From Minisyncoccota bacterium (GTDB lineage Bacteria > Patescibacteriota > Minisyncoccia > Phycocordibacterales > SBAW01), in NCBI GenBank assembly GCA_035549255.1, contig DASZRD010000009.1, forward strand, positions 49,071 through 113,070: a stretch of 64,000 bases of DNA, written 5' to 3'. The notes under the pieces were generated by a model. That model was not told the origin of the DNA. It saw only the letters and a program-made list of their open reading frames with translations, and searched no databases. The translations under genes were made by a program, and so were the position numbers. Positions 36,902-48,818 of the stretch are shown in pieces. The first letter of the stretch is position 1; each line of letters opens with the position of its first letter.

Positions 36902-38287
36902 ATGAGGGCGAACATAGGGAGGGCTGCCGCTCTCTTACTGATTGGCATCATAATCTGCGCGGGGGTGTACACATCACTTATGCTTGCGCCGCACGCAAGC
37001 GCGCAGACGCTCACCGACCAGCAGAAGGCGCAGCTTCAGGCGCAGTACGATGAGCTGCAGGCCGAGATCGCGCAATGGCAGCAGGTACTCAATGACACCA
37101 AGGCCAAGAAAGCAAGCCTCCAGGGCGACGTGACGACGCTCAATGCCGAGATTGCCAAGGCGCAGGCGGAGATCAAGCAGCGCACGATCACCATAACGAC
37201 GCTCGGCAACGAGATCGACCAGAAGAACGCGCAGATCAGCGACCTCGAGGACTCGATCGACCAGGGCCACGACTCCCTCGCCAAGCTCCTGCGCCAGATG
37301 AACGAGACGGAGACCGAGTCGCTCGTGGTGCTCGCGTTCTCGGCGAGCAACCTCTCGGACTTCCTCTCCGATGTCGACAATATCAATTCGATCAACAGCG
37401 CGCTTGAGGCGCAATTCAACCAGATACGCAATACGCAAGCGCAGGTCGCGATCGCGCGCGACGCACTGAGCACCCAGCAAGACGCACAGATCGACGCGGA
37501 GCACGACGTCGAGGTGAAAAAGTCCCAGATCCAGGACGACCAGACGCAGAAGAAGCAGCTCCTCGCCGTCACGACGCAAAACGAGACGACCTACAGCCAG
37601 ATACTCGCGCAGCGCCAGGCGCAGGCGGCGGCGATCCGCGCGGCACTCTTCCCGCTGCGCGACGCGGCGGCGATCAACTTCGGCACCGCGCTCACCTACG
37701 CGCAGGCCGCGCAGAAGGCGACCGGCGTCGACCCGGCCTTCGTACTCGCGATCCTCACGCAAGAGTCCAACTTGGGCGCCAACGTCGGCCAGTGCTATCT
37801 TTCCAACGACAAGACGGGCGCGGGCGTCGGCAAGAATACCGGCACCGCCTTCGCCAACGTCATGAGCCCGACGCGCGATGTGCCGCCCTTCTTGGCGCTT
37901 GCCGATCAGCTCGGCTTCGACCCGCACCATCAGGTGGTCTCGTGCCCGATCCCGAGCGCGGGCGGCTGGGGCGGCGCCATGGGTCCGGCGCAATTCATCG
38001 CCTCGACGTGGGCGACGATGGCGAGCAAAGTTGCGACGGCGCGCGGCGAGTCCATAGCCAATCCGTGGGACCCACAAGACGCGATCATGGCGATGTCCAT
38101 ATATCTCGGCAATCTGGGCGCCTCGGCCGGCACGTATTCCTCCGAGCGTACGGCAGCCGCCAAATACTACGCGGGCGGGGCGTGGGCGACCGCAGGGCAG
38201 ACCTATGCCAACCAAGTGATGTCCAAGGTCGACTCGATACAGAAGAATATCGACTGCCTCACCGACAACAGTACCTGTAGCATCTAA
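36902..38287 (+). CDS. Secreted coiled-coil protein with a C-terminal lytic-transglycosylase (SLT)-like domain
   Basis: A signal peptide is followed by ~230 aa of heptad-rich Q/A/E/L coiled coil. The C-terminus carries 'LTQESNLG...GAMGPAQF'. Confidence 0.6.
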   Translation: MRANIGRAAALLLIGIIICAGVYTSLMLAPHASAQTLTDQQKAQLQAQYDELQAEIAQWQQVLNDTKAKKASLQGDVTTLNAEIAKAQAEIKQRTITITTLGNEIDQKNAQISDLEDSIDQGHDSLAKLLRQMNETETESLVVLAFSASNLSDFLSDVDNINSINSALEAQFNQIRNTQAQVAIARDALSTQQDAQIDAEHDVEVKKSQIQDDQTQKKQLLAVTTQNETTYSQILAQRQAQAAAIRAALFPLRDAAAINFGTALTYAQAAQKATGVDPAFVLAILTQESNLGANVGQCYLSNDKTGAGVGKNTGTAFANVMSPTRDVPPFLALADQLGFDPHHQVVSCPIPSAGGWGGAMGPAQFIASTWATMASKVATARGESIANPWDPQDAIMAMSIYLGNLGASAGTYSSERTAAAKYYAGGAWATAGQTYANQVMSKVDSIQKNIDCLTDNSTCSI

Positions 38288-38331
38288 GCCAGCGGCTTGC
38301 AGAAGCCATTTTGCCGTGCTATTATTGAAGT

Positions 38332-38553
38332 ATGAAAGCCGAAACCCATCCGACATATTTTCCCGAGGCCAAGGTGACCTGCGCATGCGGGAACACCTTT
38401 ACCGTGGGCTCGACCCGCGAGCATATCGAGGTGGAAATCTGCTCCAACTGCCACCCGTTCTACACCGGCAACGAGAAGATCATGGACGCCGCCGGCCGCG
38501 TAGAGAAGTTCAAGGCGCGCCGCGCTGCTGCTTCCGCCAAGAAGGCGAAGTAG
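38332..38553 (+). CDS. rpmE: 50S ribosomal protein L31
   Basis: It has MKAETHP and the CxxC...CxxC zinc ribbon. Confidence 0.9.
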   Translation: MKAETHPTYFPEAKVTCACGNTFTVGSTREHIEVEICSNCHPFYTGNEKIMDAAGRVEKFKARRAAASAKKAK

Positions 38554-39540
38554 ATGGACCTCGCGAAATATAAAGAGAACCCGAAGACCGCCTTTCTCGC
38601 GCAAGAGTACGAGCGGCTTTTGGCTGAGGAGATGGAGATCCGCGCCATAGACGACGCGGAGCTGGGAGAACTTGCGAAAGACGACATTGCGCGTATCGAG
38701 GAGCATAAGTCGATGCTGCTCAAGCAGATGGACGAGATCTTGGAAGGCGAGAAGGAGGAAGAGGAGTTCCCCAACGAGATCGTGCTCGAAGTTCGCGCCG
38801 GTGTCGGCGGCGAAGAGGCCGCGCTCTTCGCCGAAGAGCTCTCCAACATGTACCGCGCGTATGCAGTGAAGGAAGGCTGGAACGTGCGCGTGCTCTCCGA
38901 GTCCAAGTCCGACCTTGGTGGCTATAAGGAAGCCGTGTTCGAAATCCGCGGTAAGGGCGTCTATAAGCGGCTGCGCTGGGAGACCGGCGTGCATCGCGTA
39001 CAGCGCGTGCCCGCGACCGAGAAGTCCGGCCGCATCCACACCTCGACCGCCTCGGTCGCGATCGTACCGATCAAAAAGAAGGTAACCATTGTAGTCAATC
39101 CTGCCGACTTCGACATGGAATATTCCCGCTCAGGAGGGGCGGGGGGGCAGAACGTCAACAAGGTCGAGACTGCGGTGCGCATTATCCATCGTCCTACCGG
39201 CATCGATGCGCGATCCACCGTTGAGCGTAGCCAATCGGCGAACCGCGAGCGCGCCATGGCGATCGTGATGGCCAAGCTCCAGGAACGCGCCGACGAAGAG
39301 GCGGCTGCAAAGCTTTCGGCCAATCGCAAGTCCCAGATCGGCACCGGCGACCGCTCCGAGAAAATCCGCACCTACAACAGCCTACAAGACCGCGTGACCG
39401 ACCACCGGATCAAGGAATCCTGGCACAACCTCCCGGGCATTTTTGAGGGCAATCTGGAGGGCATCCTGGACGCGCTTGAGGCCGCCAGCGAAGGGGGAGC
39501 CGGCTTCGGCGAAGGCGTTGCGCCGGAGGAAGAAGCGTGA
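38554..39540 (+). CDS. prfA: Peptide chain release factor 1
   Basis: It has the GGQ motif ([11 protein letters not shown]) and the RF1-type PAT tripeptide (RVQRVPATE). Confidence 0.85.
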   Translation: MDLAKYKENPKTAFLAQEYERLLAEEMEIRAIDDAELGELAKDDIARIEEHKSMLLKQMDEILEGEKEEEEFPNEIVLEVRAGVGGEEAALFAEELSNMYRAYAVKEGWNVRVLSESKSDLGGYKEAVFEIRGKGVYKRLRWETGVHRVQRVPATEKSGRIHTSTASVAIVPIKKKVTIVVNPADFDMEYSRSGGAGGQNVNKVETAVRIIHRPTGIDARSTVERSQSANRERAMAIVMAKLQERADEEAAAKLSANRKSQIGTGDRSEKIRTYNSLQDRVTDHRIKESWHNLPGIFEGNLEGILDALEAASEGGAGFGEGVAPEEEA

Positions 39541-39563
39541 TATCTTAAAGCACACGTTCGCAT

Positions 39564-40286
39564 ATGGATAAGAACCAGCTGATCGACAAGCTTTTTACCG
39601 TTGGAGCCCATTTCGGCTACAGCCCGTCCCGCCGGCATCCGAGCCAGGCGTCCTTTATCTATGGCGAGAAGGGCGGCACCGAAGTATTTGACCTCGAGAA
39701 GACGGCCGCCTGCCTCGACACCGCGCTCTCATTCGTGAAGTCTCTTGCAGCCGAGCGTAAGACGATCCTCTTCGTCGGCGGCAAGGCTGAGGCGCGCGGC
39801 GCCGTCAAGCGCACCGCCGAGCGCATCAATGCGCCCTACGTTGCCTCTCGCTGGATTGGCGGTACGCTCACCAACTTTTCCGAAATCAAGCGCCGCCTCG
39901 GCCGCCTCTCCGAGATCACGACCATGCGCGAGAAGGGGGAGCTCGCCAAATTCACCAAGCGCGAGCGCCTGCTTATCGACCGCGAGGCTAACGACCTCGA
40001 GCTTATGTTCGGCGGCCTCAAGGGCGTCACCAAGCTTCCCGACGCGCTCATGATCGTCGACCCGCGCCAGGAGGACGCGGCGGTCAAGGAGGCGGCCAAA
40101 TTCACTATCCCGGTCATCGCCCTCATGAACTCCGACTGCGATCGTACGAACATCGCGTACCCCGTCCCCGGCAACGACGCCTCGCAGGAAACGATCACCT
40201 TCGTCCTCGACGAAGTCGCCAAGGTATACATGGACAATCTCGCCCCTGAGAAGGCTCCGCAGCCTGCAGAAGCGGCGGCAAACTAA
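39564..40286 (+). CDS. rpsB: 30S ribosomal protein S2
   Basis: It has S2 family signatures (GAHFGY, ILFVGGK). Confidence 0.9.
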   Translation: MDKNQLIDKLFTVGAHFGYSPSRRHPSQASFIYGEKGGTEVFDLEKTAACLDTALSFVKSLAAERKTILFVGGKAEARGAVKRTAERINAPYVASRWIGGTLTNFSEIKRRLGRLSEITTMREKGELAKFTKRERLLIDREANDLELMFGGLKGVTKLPDALMIVDPRQEDAAVKEAAKFTIPVIALMNSDCDRTNIAYPVPGNDASQETITFVLDEVAKVYMDNLAPEKAPQPAEAAAN

Positions 40287-40291
40287 TCGCT

Positions 40292-40747
40292 ATGGCAGTA
40301 TCCGCAGAGCAAGTTAAAGCGCTCCGTGATGCAACCGGCGTCTCGATGATCGAGTGCAAGAAGGCGCTTGAAGCGGCCGACGGCAATATGGACAAGGCGC
40401 TCGATATCCTTCGCGCGCGCAGCAATGAAATCGCGGCCAAGAAGTCCGACCGCGCGCTCGGCGCCGGCGTCGTCGCCTCATATATCCACTCGACCGGCCA
40501 GGTGGGCGCCATGGTCGTGCTCTCAAGCGAGACTGATTTCGTATCCAAAAACGAGGAGTTCTCCGCGCTCGCGCGCGACATCGCGATGCATGCTGCAGCC
40601 ATGCGCCCGCAGAACGTGGCGGAACTTCTCGAGCAGCCGTTCATTAAAGATTCAACGCAGACAATCGCGGGGCTTATCTCCGGCGCCACGCAGAAGTTCG
40701 GCGAGCGCGTCGAGATAAGCTCGCTTTCAGTCGCCTCGGTAGCATAG
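40292..40747 (+). CDS. tsf: Elongation factor Ts, short 151-aa form
   Basis: It has the UBA-like N-terminus VKALRDATGVSMIECKKAL. Confidence 0.8.
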   Translation: MAVSAEQVKALRDATGVSMIECKKALEAADGNMDKALDILRARSNEIAAKKSDRALGAGVVASYIHSTGQVGAMVVLSSETDFVSKNEEFSALARDIAMHAAAMRPQNVAELLEQPFIKDSTQTIAGLISGATQKFGERVEISSLSVASVA

Positions 40748-40785
40748 CAAGCCACCCTGCTATACTAGTGAGGTGCGGGATTGTC

Positions 40786-41199
40786 ATGACTCTCTTCTTC
40801 ACCATAACGCTCGGCGCATCGATTATCGGCCTTCTCGCGATGCTTCTTATCAAGAGCCGTGAAATGCGCACGGGCCGGCGCATCTTCGCGCGCCTGCGGC
40901 CCGCGGAGAGCGGGGTGCTCCACAGCGTCGTCTACTTCTTTGAAAAGACGCTCCCTATCACGATCAAATACCTCGTCTTTCGTGCGAGCGAGGGCCTGGG
41001 CGCGCTCGTCAAGCGCACGTTCGCGCGCGGCATCCTCCTCTTCGAGTACGCGCTCGAGCACATGCTCGTATTCATCCGCGACCTCACCCGCCCGCCGCAC
41101 CGCGGCGGCCCCGCGTCGCCCTTCCTCCAGGAAGTCGCCGATCATAAGCGCGAGCTCATGAAGGGCTCCAAGGAAGACCGCGCGATCTTCGAGGAGTAG
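40786..41199 (+). CDS. Hypothetical membrane-anchored protein
   Basis: It has an N-terminal TM helix. ATG 40786 is preceded by GAGGTG, while the GTG at 40768 is an alternative start. Confidence 0.45.
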   Translation: MTLFFTITLGASIIGLLAMLLIKSREMRTGRRIFARLRPAESGVLHSVVYFFEKTLPITIKYLVFRASEGLGALVKRTFARGILLFEYALEHMLVFIRDLTRPPHRGGPASPFLQEVADHKRELMKGSKEDRAIFEE

Positions 41200-41218
41200 C
41201 CGCCGCGCCTACAGTCAC

Positions 41219-41294
41219 GCCGCCTTAGCTCAGTTGGTAGAGCAACTCTTTTGTAAAGAGAAGGTCCCCAGTCCGAATCTGGGAGGCGGCTCCA
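41219..41294 (+). tRNA. tRNA-Thr(UGU) with an encoded 3' CCA
   Basis: It folds into a cloverleaf. The acceptor stem is GCCGCCT/AGGCGGC and the D-arm is AGCTCAGTTGGTAGAGC. The anticodon loop is TTTGTAA. The T-arm is GGTCCCCAGTCCGAATCTGGG, followed by a T discriminator and CCA. Confidence 0.85.
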
Positions 41295-41316
41295 AAATCT
41301 ACTTGCAATTGAAAGC

Positions 41317-42000
41317 CTATTTCTCTTTCGTGCTGGTTGCGGCGGTCGAGGTTGCCAGGGTGTCGAGGCCCGGAATAAGCGCTTGCATGTCGTCGACATT
41401 TTTGAAACCGTAGACAGGTGCGCCGTTGTTGATGACGAAGGCGGGGAGGTTATCATCCACTTTTCGCAGCGCAATGAGTGTCTGGAGCGCCGATAGGTCG
41501 AGGTTGTAGTCGAATGAGTATACGCGCAGGTCCGGATAATTCTCGCGCAGGTACGTAAGCACGTCGCCCGCGCGGCCGCAGTCGGGGCAATCGCCGGAGT
41601 TCGAGTAGAAGTAGAGGACAGAGATCGGCTTCGTGCCGCACTTCTGCGAGACTTGCTGCATCAGGAGATAGTCCTTGATCTCAAGCAGGCTGTACTGCTT
41701 CTTGAGGCTGATTACGTCGTTGTTGTCGCTGCCGAGCTTGCTCTCGGCGTACGATAGCTGCTCGGCTAAAGAATTGAGCTCGTCCGTGAGGACCGGGTGC
41801 TCGGAGAGCGTCTCGCAGTCGGTGTTGCCGAGAAGCTCGAACTGCGTCTCCGAGGAGAGGAGGTCGATCGAGATCGCGTCCTGCGTCGCGCGGATGTCGG
41901 CAACGCGTACCGCGTCGAGCTTGGCCGCGATATAAAAAGCGGTACCGAAGATAGCGGCGGTTATGGCGAATGCAAGGAGATATTTCTTCCAATCAGTCAT
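41317..42000 (-). CDS. Membrane-anchored thioredoxin-fold (DsbA-like) thiol-disulfide oxidoreductase
   Basis: It has an N-terminal TM helix and the CPDC active-site motif. Confidence 0.55.
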   Translation of the reverse strand: MTDWKKYLLAFAITAAIFGTAFYIAAKLDAVRVADIRATQDAISIDLLSSETQFELLGNTDCETLSEHPVLTDELNSLAEQLSYAESKLGSDNNDVISLKKQYSLLEIKDYLLMQQVSQKCGTKPISVLYFYSNSGDCPDCGRAGDVLTYLRENYPDLRVYSFDYNLDLSALQTLIALRKVDDNLPAFVINNGAPVYGFKNVDDMQALIPGLDTLATSTAATSTKEK

Positions 42001-42012
42001 GTATGATGATCG

Positions 42013-43245
42013 CTAGCGCCAGGTTGCTTCGCGCGCGCGGATGGTACCCCAGCTCGCGCGCAGGAGCCACAGCGGTGCGATAAGGCCGAAGAGCGCGAAA
42101 TAGGAGATAAGCGCCTTGATCGTGATCCGGTTCTGCGCCATGCGCTGCCCGAGCATGATCGACACGAGCATGAAGCCCAGCGAGATGAGGATGATGAATG
42201 AGAGCATACTCGTGTCCATATAGAACCACTGGATGCGGAAGCTTGGCATCGTGAGCGGCACGCCGGTTGCCCAGAAGTCGGATGCCGTCGTGATAATGGA
42301 GGAAGACACAGTGTAGAGGCTGTAGACGGCGGTGTACACGCCGAGGAAGAAGGCAAGCAGGCCGAACGGGAGTGTGAGCATGCCGAAGTTGCCGAAGCGC
42401 GGGTTGAAGTACATATACGCGTAGTCGATCGAGTTCTGAAGGAACCCTTGCGACCAGCGCACGCGCTGCACGAGGAGCTTGCGCACCGACTTTGGCACGG
42501 TCGTGTAGACATAGGCGGTGTGCGCGTTGATGATCTTGAGGCCGTGTTTATGCATGCGGAAGGCGATCTCCATGTCCTCGGTGTTATGCGCGTGGCGGAA
42601 GAGGCCGATCTTCGAGAATACCGCGCGGCGGTAGAAGGAGAACGGCCCCGGGAGCACATGAAGCGCGCCGACGTTGTCGATCATCTTGCGGTAGAAGACG
42701 CCGAAGGTGTACTCGACGCTCTGCATGAGTTCGAGGATCGATTTAGGATGATGCACTTTCATGATCGGCATGAGCGCCATCGCGTCGGGATTATGCTCAA
42801 ATGCCTTCACCACCTCGACGAGCGCGTCGGGGCTCGCGAAGGAGTCCGCATCGAGGCAGCCGATAAGCTCGGCCTGGGAGCGCTCGATCGCGAAGTTGAG
42901 CGCGGTATACTTGCCGCCATTCTCTTTATAGTAATACGAAACCTGCGGATGTGATGCGGCAAACTGCTCGGCGATCTTGCGCGTGCCGTCGGTCGAGCCG
43001 TCATCGACCACCATGATCTCGAGCTTATTCTCCGGGTACTCGAGCGCCGTGAGCGATTCGAGCGTGGCAAGGATCGTGTGCTCTTCGTTGAAGGCAGGCA
43101 CCGCGATCGTCACGGTCGGATAGCGCGCAGGGCGCGCAGACGTCTTCTTGTGCGGCTTTTTTTCGAAGAAGGAGATGAGCAAAAACACCTCGAAATAGAG
43201 GGCCAAAAAGAGGCATACATATACTCCCAGGGCCCCTATGTCCAT
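42013..43245 (-). CDS. Family 2 glycosyltransferase, processive synthase-like, with C-terminal TM helices
   Basis: It has the GT2 motifs VAIPAFNEE and VVDDGSTDGT and a QxxRW-like 'QRVRWSQG'. The C-terminus is polytopic. Confidence 0.75.
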   Translation of the reverse strand: MDIGALGVYVCLFLALYFEVFLLISFFEKKPHKKTSARPARYPTVTIAVPAFNEEHTILATLESLTALEYPENKLEIMVVDDGSTDGTRKIAEQFAASHPQVSYYYKENGGKYTALNFAIERSQAELIGCLDADSFASPDALVEVVKAFEHNPDAMALMPIMKVHHPKSILELMQSVEYTFGVFYRKMIDNVGALHVLPGPFSFYRRAVFSKIGLFRHAHNTEDMEIAFRMHKHGLKIINAHTAYVYTTVPKSVRKLLVQRVRWSQGFLQNSIDYAYMYFNPRFGNFGMLTLPFGLLAFFLGVYTAVYSLYTVSSSIITTASDFWATGVPLTMPSFRIQWFYMDTSMLSFIILISLGFMLVSIMLGQRMAQNRITIKALISYFALFGLIAPLWLLRASWGTIRAREATWR

Positions 43246-44038
43246 GGCTCAAACTATAGCATTTTTGGCGCATTTGAGCCATACTTCTGGTATTCCTATG
43301 GAAGACAAGCAACAGGGCCATATCCACCCTATTTCGAGCCTTATCCGCGAGGCCAATCGCATCTTTGGCAAAATGGGCTTCGCCTTCGCCGAAGGGCCGC
43401 TCTTGGAAGACGAGTGGCACAACTTCGATGCGCTCAATGTGCCCAAGGATCACCCGGCGCGCGATATGCAGGACACGTTCTTTATTAAAAACATGCCCGG
43501 CCATGTGCTGCGCACGCACACGAGTCCGGTACAGGTGCGCTATATGGAGGCGCAAGTGAAAGCGGGCATCATGCCGCCCTACCGCGTGATCGTGCCGGGG
43601 AAGGTTTTCCGCAACGAGGCGACCGATATGACGCATGAGGCGGAATTTTTTCAAATAGAAGGTCTTGCGGTCGGCAAGGACGTGACGCTGGGCAACCTCA
43701 AAGGTACGCTTGAGCAATTTTTCAAAGAGCTTTTCAGGGGAGCCAATGTCGAGGTGCGCTTCCGTCCAAGCTTCTTCCCGTTTACCGAGCCGTCGGTCGA
43801 GGTCGACATGCGGCTCGTGGGCGACGATGTGCCGGAAAAATTGCGTGGTCGGTGGATCGAGATGATGGGCGCCGGCATGGTGCACCCCAATGTGCTGCAG
43901 AACGCCGGCCTCGACCCGGAAGTCTATCAAGGCTTCGCCTTCGGCATGGGGCTCGACCGGTTGGCCCTCCTGCGCTGGTCGATAGACGATGTGCGCCTCA
44001 TGCACTCGGCCGACCTTCGCTTCATCAACCAGTTTTAA
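43238..44038 (+). CDS. pheS: Phenylalanine--tRNA ligase alpha subunit, short form
   Basis: It has class II motifs (FRNEATDMTHEAEF, GAGMVHPNVL). ATG 43298 is an alternative start. Confidence 0.85.
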   Translation: MSMAQTIAFLAHLSHTSGIPMEDKQQGHIHPISSLIREANRIFGKMGFAFAEGPLLEDEWHNFDALNVPKDHPARDMQDTFFIKNMPGHVLRTHTSPVQVRYMEAQVKAGIMPPYRVIVPGKVFRNEATDMTHEAEFFQIEGLAVGKDVTLGNLKGTLEQFFKELFRGANVEVRFRPSFFPFTEPSVEVDMRLVGDDVPEKLRGRWIEMMGAGMVHPNVLQNAGLDPEVYQGFAFGMGLDRLALLRWSIDDVRLMHSADLRFINQF

Positions 44039-44041
44039 CAT

Positions 44042-45871
44042 ATGAAAATCTCCCGACGCTGGATACAGAATTTTTTTGATAGCGAACTGCAGAGCACGCA
44101 GGAGGTTGCGGATGCCCTCACGTTTCACGCTTTCGAGATCGACGGCATTGAGAAGGTCGGCGATCCGTCTAACGCCGAGACGAGTGACGAGGTGCTCGAC
44201 GTGAAGGTGACGCCCAACCGCGGACATGATTGCCTCTCGCACCGCGGCATCGCGGGAGAACTCTCGGCGATACTAAAGTTGCCGCTCAAAGTCGACCCGT
44301 GGGCGGGGAAGCCGGATTTCTCCAAGGCCACTGACGCAGTCTCGATCACGCTTGAGGATCCGGCACTCTCGCCCCGCTACATCGCCGCCTATATAAAGAG
44401 CGTGAAAGTGGCCCCCAGCCCCGCGTGGCTCGTACAAGCGCTTGCAGCGATGGGCCAGCGCTCGATCAATAATGTCGTCGACGCGACCAATATGGTCATG
44501 TTCAATACCGGCCAGCCGCTGCATGCCTTCGACGCAGGAAAGCTAGAGCAGGATAATGGTAAGTACCACATCGTCGTGCGTAAGGCGCGCGCGGGCGAAA
44601 AGCTTCTCGCACTCGACAACAAAGAATACGAGCTCAAAGACTCGATGCTCGTCATTGCCGACGGGGTGGCCGACGTGCCGGTAGGCATTGCCGGCATCAA
44701 GGGCGGCACGCCCGCCGGCATTACCGAAGCGACGACTGACATTATTATCGAATCAGCAAACTTCAACGGCGTCTTGGTGCGCAAGACCGCACAGGCCTTG
44801 AAGCTGCGCACCGACGCCTCAAGCCGCTTCGAGCAAGGGGTCTCGCCCGAGCTTGCCGGCTATGGTATGAGACAAGTTGTCGATCTTGTAACGAGTATCG
44901 CGAGCGGGGAATTAATCGGCTTTGCTGATGTCTACCCGGCGCCGCAGGAAATGAAGCGCGTGTCGGTCTCTGTCGATAAAATTAACCAAATTCTCGGTAC
45001 CAAACTCACCGGCGCCGAAGTGAGCGACGTATTCCAGCGGCTGCAATTTGCGTATAAAGAAGAGAATGATTTGTTCGATGTCGAGGTGCCGTTCCAGCGG
45101 CTCGATATTGTGATTGCAGAAGATCTCGTTGAGGAGGTCGGTCGCATTGTTGGCTATGATAAAGTTCCTGCTGAGCCGTTGCCGTCGATGCCAAAGCAGC
45201 CGGAAGTGAATCTCAATTTCTACACCGCCGAGCATGTTCGCAAGCAGCTCACTGATATGGGGTACTCTGAGGTCTTCACCTCTGTCTTCGCTGACAAAGG
45301 CGAGGTTGCCGTGCTCAACAAGGTCGACAGCGTGCGGCCGTACCTGCGCGCCAATCTTGTCGACGGGCTCAATGACGCGCTCAAGAAAAATATTCCTAAT
45401 AAAGACCTCCGTGGCCTCAAGGAAGTGAAATTGTTCGAGATCGGGTCGATCTGGAAGGGCGGCAAGGAAGAAATTTCCGCCGGTATTGTGACCGAGAAGG
45501 ACAAAGCCCAAGAAGAGCCGCTCGCCATGCACGCGCCCAAGGAAGCGCTAACCCAATACGAAGACTTACCGCTCTCGACCGCTGTGCGCTACCAGCCGTT
45601 CTCCAAGTACCCCTACATCGTGCGCGATATTGCGATGTGGACGCCTGCCGGTACCGAGCCTGATGCTGTTTCAAAAATGATCGCCGATCAGGCAGGGGAT
45701 CTGTGCGTTAAAATCTCTCTCTTCGATCAATTTCAAAAAGCAGAAAAAACTTCACTCGCGTTCCGCCTTATATTCCAATCATTCGAGCGCACGCTTACCG
45801 AGGTGGAAGTAAACGAAATAATGGAAAAAGTCTCCGCGGCTCTCAAAGAAAAAGGCTTCGAGATCAGATAG
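44042..45871 (+). CDS. pheT: Phenylalanine--tRNA ligase beta subunit, 609-aa form lacking the N-terminal tRNA-binding domain
   Basis: The B1 domain (MKISRRWIQ) leads directly into the B3/B4 region (TPNRGHDCLSHRGIA). Confidence 0.85.
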   Translation: MKISRRWIQNFFDSELQSTQEVADALTFHAFEIDGIEKVGDPSNAETSDEVLDVKVTPNRGHDCLSHRGIAGELSAILKLPLKVDPWAGKPDFSKATDAVSITLEDPALSPRYIAAYIKSVKVAPSPAWLVQALAAMGQRSINNVVDATNMVMFNTGQPLHAFDAGKLEQDNGKYHIVVRKARAGEKLLALDNKEYELKDSMLVIADGVADVPVGIAGIKGGTPAGITEATTDIIIESANFNGVLVRKTAQALKLRTDASSRFEQGVSPELAGYGMRQVVDLVTSIASGELIGFADVYPAPQEMKRVSVSVDKINQILGTKLTGAEVSDVFQRLQFAYKEENDLFDVEVPFQRLDIVIAEDLVEEVGRIVGYDKVPAEPLPSMPKQPEVNLNFYTAEHVRKQLTDMGYSEVFTSVFADKGEVAVLNKVDSVRPYLRANLVDGLNDALKKNIPNKDLRGLKEVKLFEIGSIWKGGKEEISAGIVTEKDKAQEEPLAMHAPKEALTQYEDLPLSTAVRYQPFSKYPYIVRDIAMWTPAGTEPDAVSKMIADQAGDLCVKISLFDQFQKAEKTSLAFRLIFQSFERTLTEVEVNEIMEKVSAALKEKGFEIR

Positions 45872-45888
45872 ATAAAATAAAAGAAGAA

Positions 45889-45915
45889 CGCCCGCCGCAC
45901 AAGATGCGGCGGGCG
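45889..45915. terminator. Hairpin terminator between convergent pheT and the 45949 gene
   Basis: An 11-bp stem CGCCCGCCGCA/TGCGGCGGGCG is present. The U-rich tract lies on the minus-strand side. Confidence 0.6.
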
Positions 45916-45948
45916 GGATCATTGGCAGGATAGATCTGATCAAGCGAG

Positions 45949-46533
45949 CTAAGGCAGCGGAATCTCCCTGAACTGAGAATCCAGAAGGAGTACCGGCTTA
46001 CCGCCCTTCTGAAAGGTATGGATGCAGCCCAGCTCGTCGAACTGTTCCATCAGTAGCAGATAGTCGAACGTATCGACCGCGCACTTCTTCTGGAAGACGG
46101 CGACGTAGAATTCGGCTTCCGGATGCTGGGCACGAATCTCCCGGATCTTCTTCGCGAGCGGTGGGACGATAATATCCCATTTGCTCGTGAAGTCCGCCAC
46201 TGAGTACCACTGCCAGCGTTTCGGATCGCGCACGGCAACAATGATCACTGTAAGAGGGACAAAGACGGCGATAAACACGGGCCCTCCGCCGAACATGAGG
46301 ACGGCTATCCCGTAGGTAACGTAATCAAGCGCAGTATGACTGACGCCGAGAATATCTTTCGGCACCAAGAAGAAGGCGATCAGGATGCCCACAAGGAATG
46401 CCAGTATCACTAACTTCCCGAATATCTTGCTGTTATCGAGCCAGCGCTGGATATACCAGAACTTATTGGGCGGGGTAAGCCGGATCGCCTCGGCTTCCAT
46501 CCAGTCGCTCAACGACATTGAAAGAGCGGTCAT
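45949..46533 (-). CDS. Hypothetical polytopic membrane protein
   Basis: The start is trimmed to MTALSMS.., which is preceded by AAGGA. Confidence 0.5.
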   Translation of the reverse strand: MTALSMSLSDWMEAEAIRLTPPNKFWYIQRWLDNSKIFGKLVILAFLVGILIAFFLVPKDILGVSHTALDYVTYGIAVLMFGGGPVFIAVFVPLTVIIVAVRDPKRWQWYSVADFTSKWDIIVPPLAKKIREIRAQHPEAEFYVAVFQKKCAVDTFDYLLLMEQFDELGCIHTFQKGGKPVLLLDSQFREIPLP

Positions 46534-46628
46534 CTCTCGATTCCTTGTATTGGAGTTGAGGGAACAATTTCCACGGCAACAGTACCACAATCCTCTTATT
46601 TAGCAAGGTTTTTTGGCTGTCCACAGGC

Positions 46629-48757
<2,129 letters not shown>

Positions 48758-48770
48758 ATTTTCCCCCAAC

Positions 48771-48802
48771 AAAAAACTCCGGCACATGGCCGGAGTTTTT
48801 TG
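48771..48802. terminator. Bidirectional rho-independent terminator
   Basis: The sequence is AAAAAA-ACTCCGGC-acatg-GCCGGAGT-TTTTTT. Confidence 0.8.
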
Positions 48803-48818
48803 TTGACCTTTCGTTGCT

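Noticed and set aside
43238-43245. An 8-bp overlap of divergent start codons (GT2 on the minus strand, pheS on the plus strand), which might be an annotation error
   Set aside because: The two genes are on opposite strands, so the overlap is physically fine. Both have family-typical N-termini. Only the choice of the pheS start (43238 vs 43298) is uncertain.
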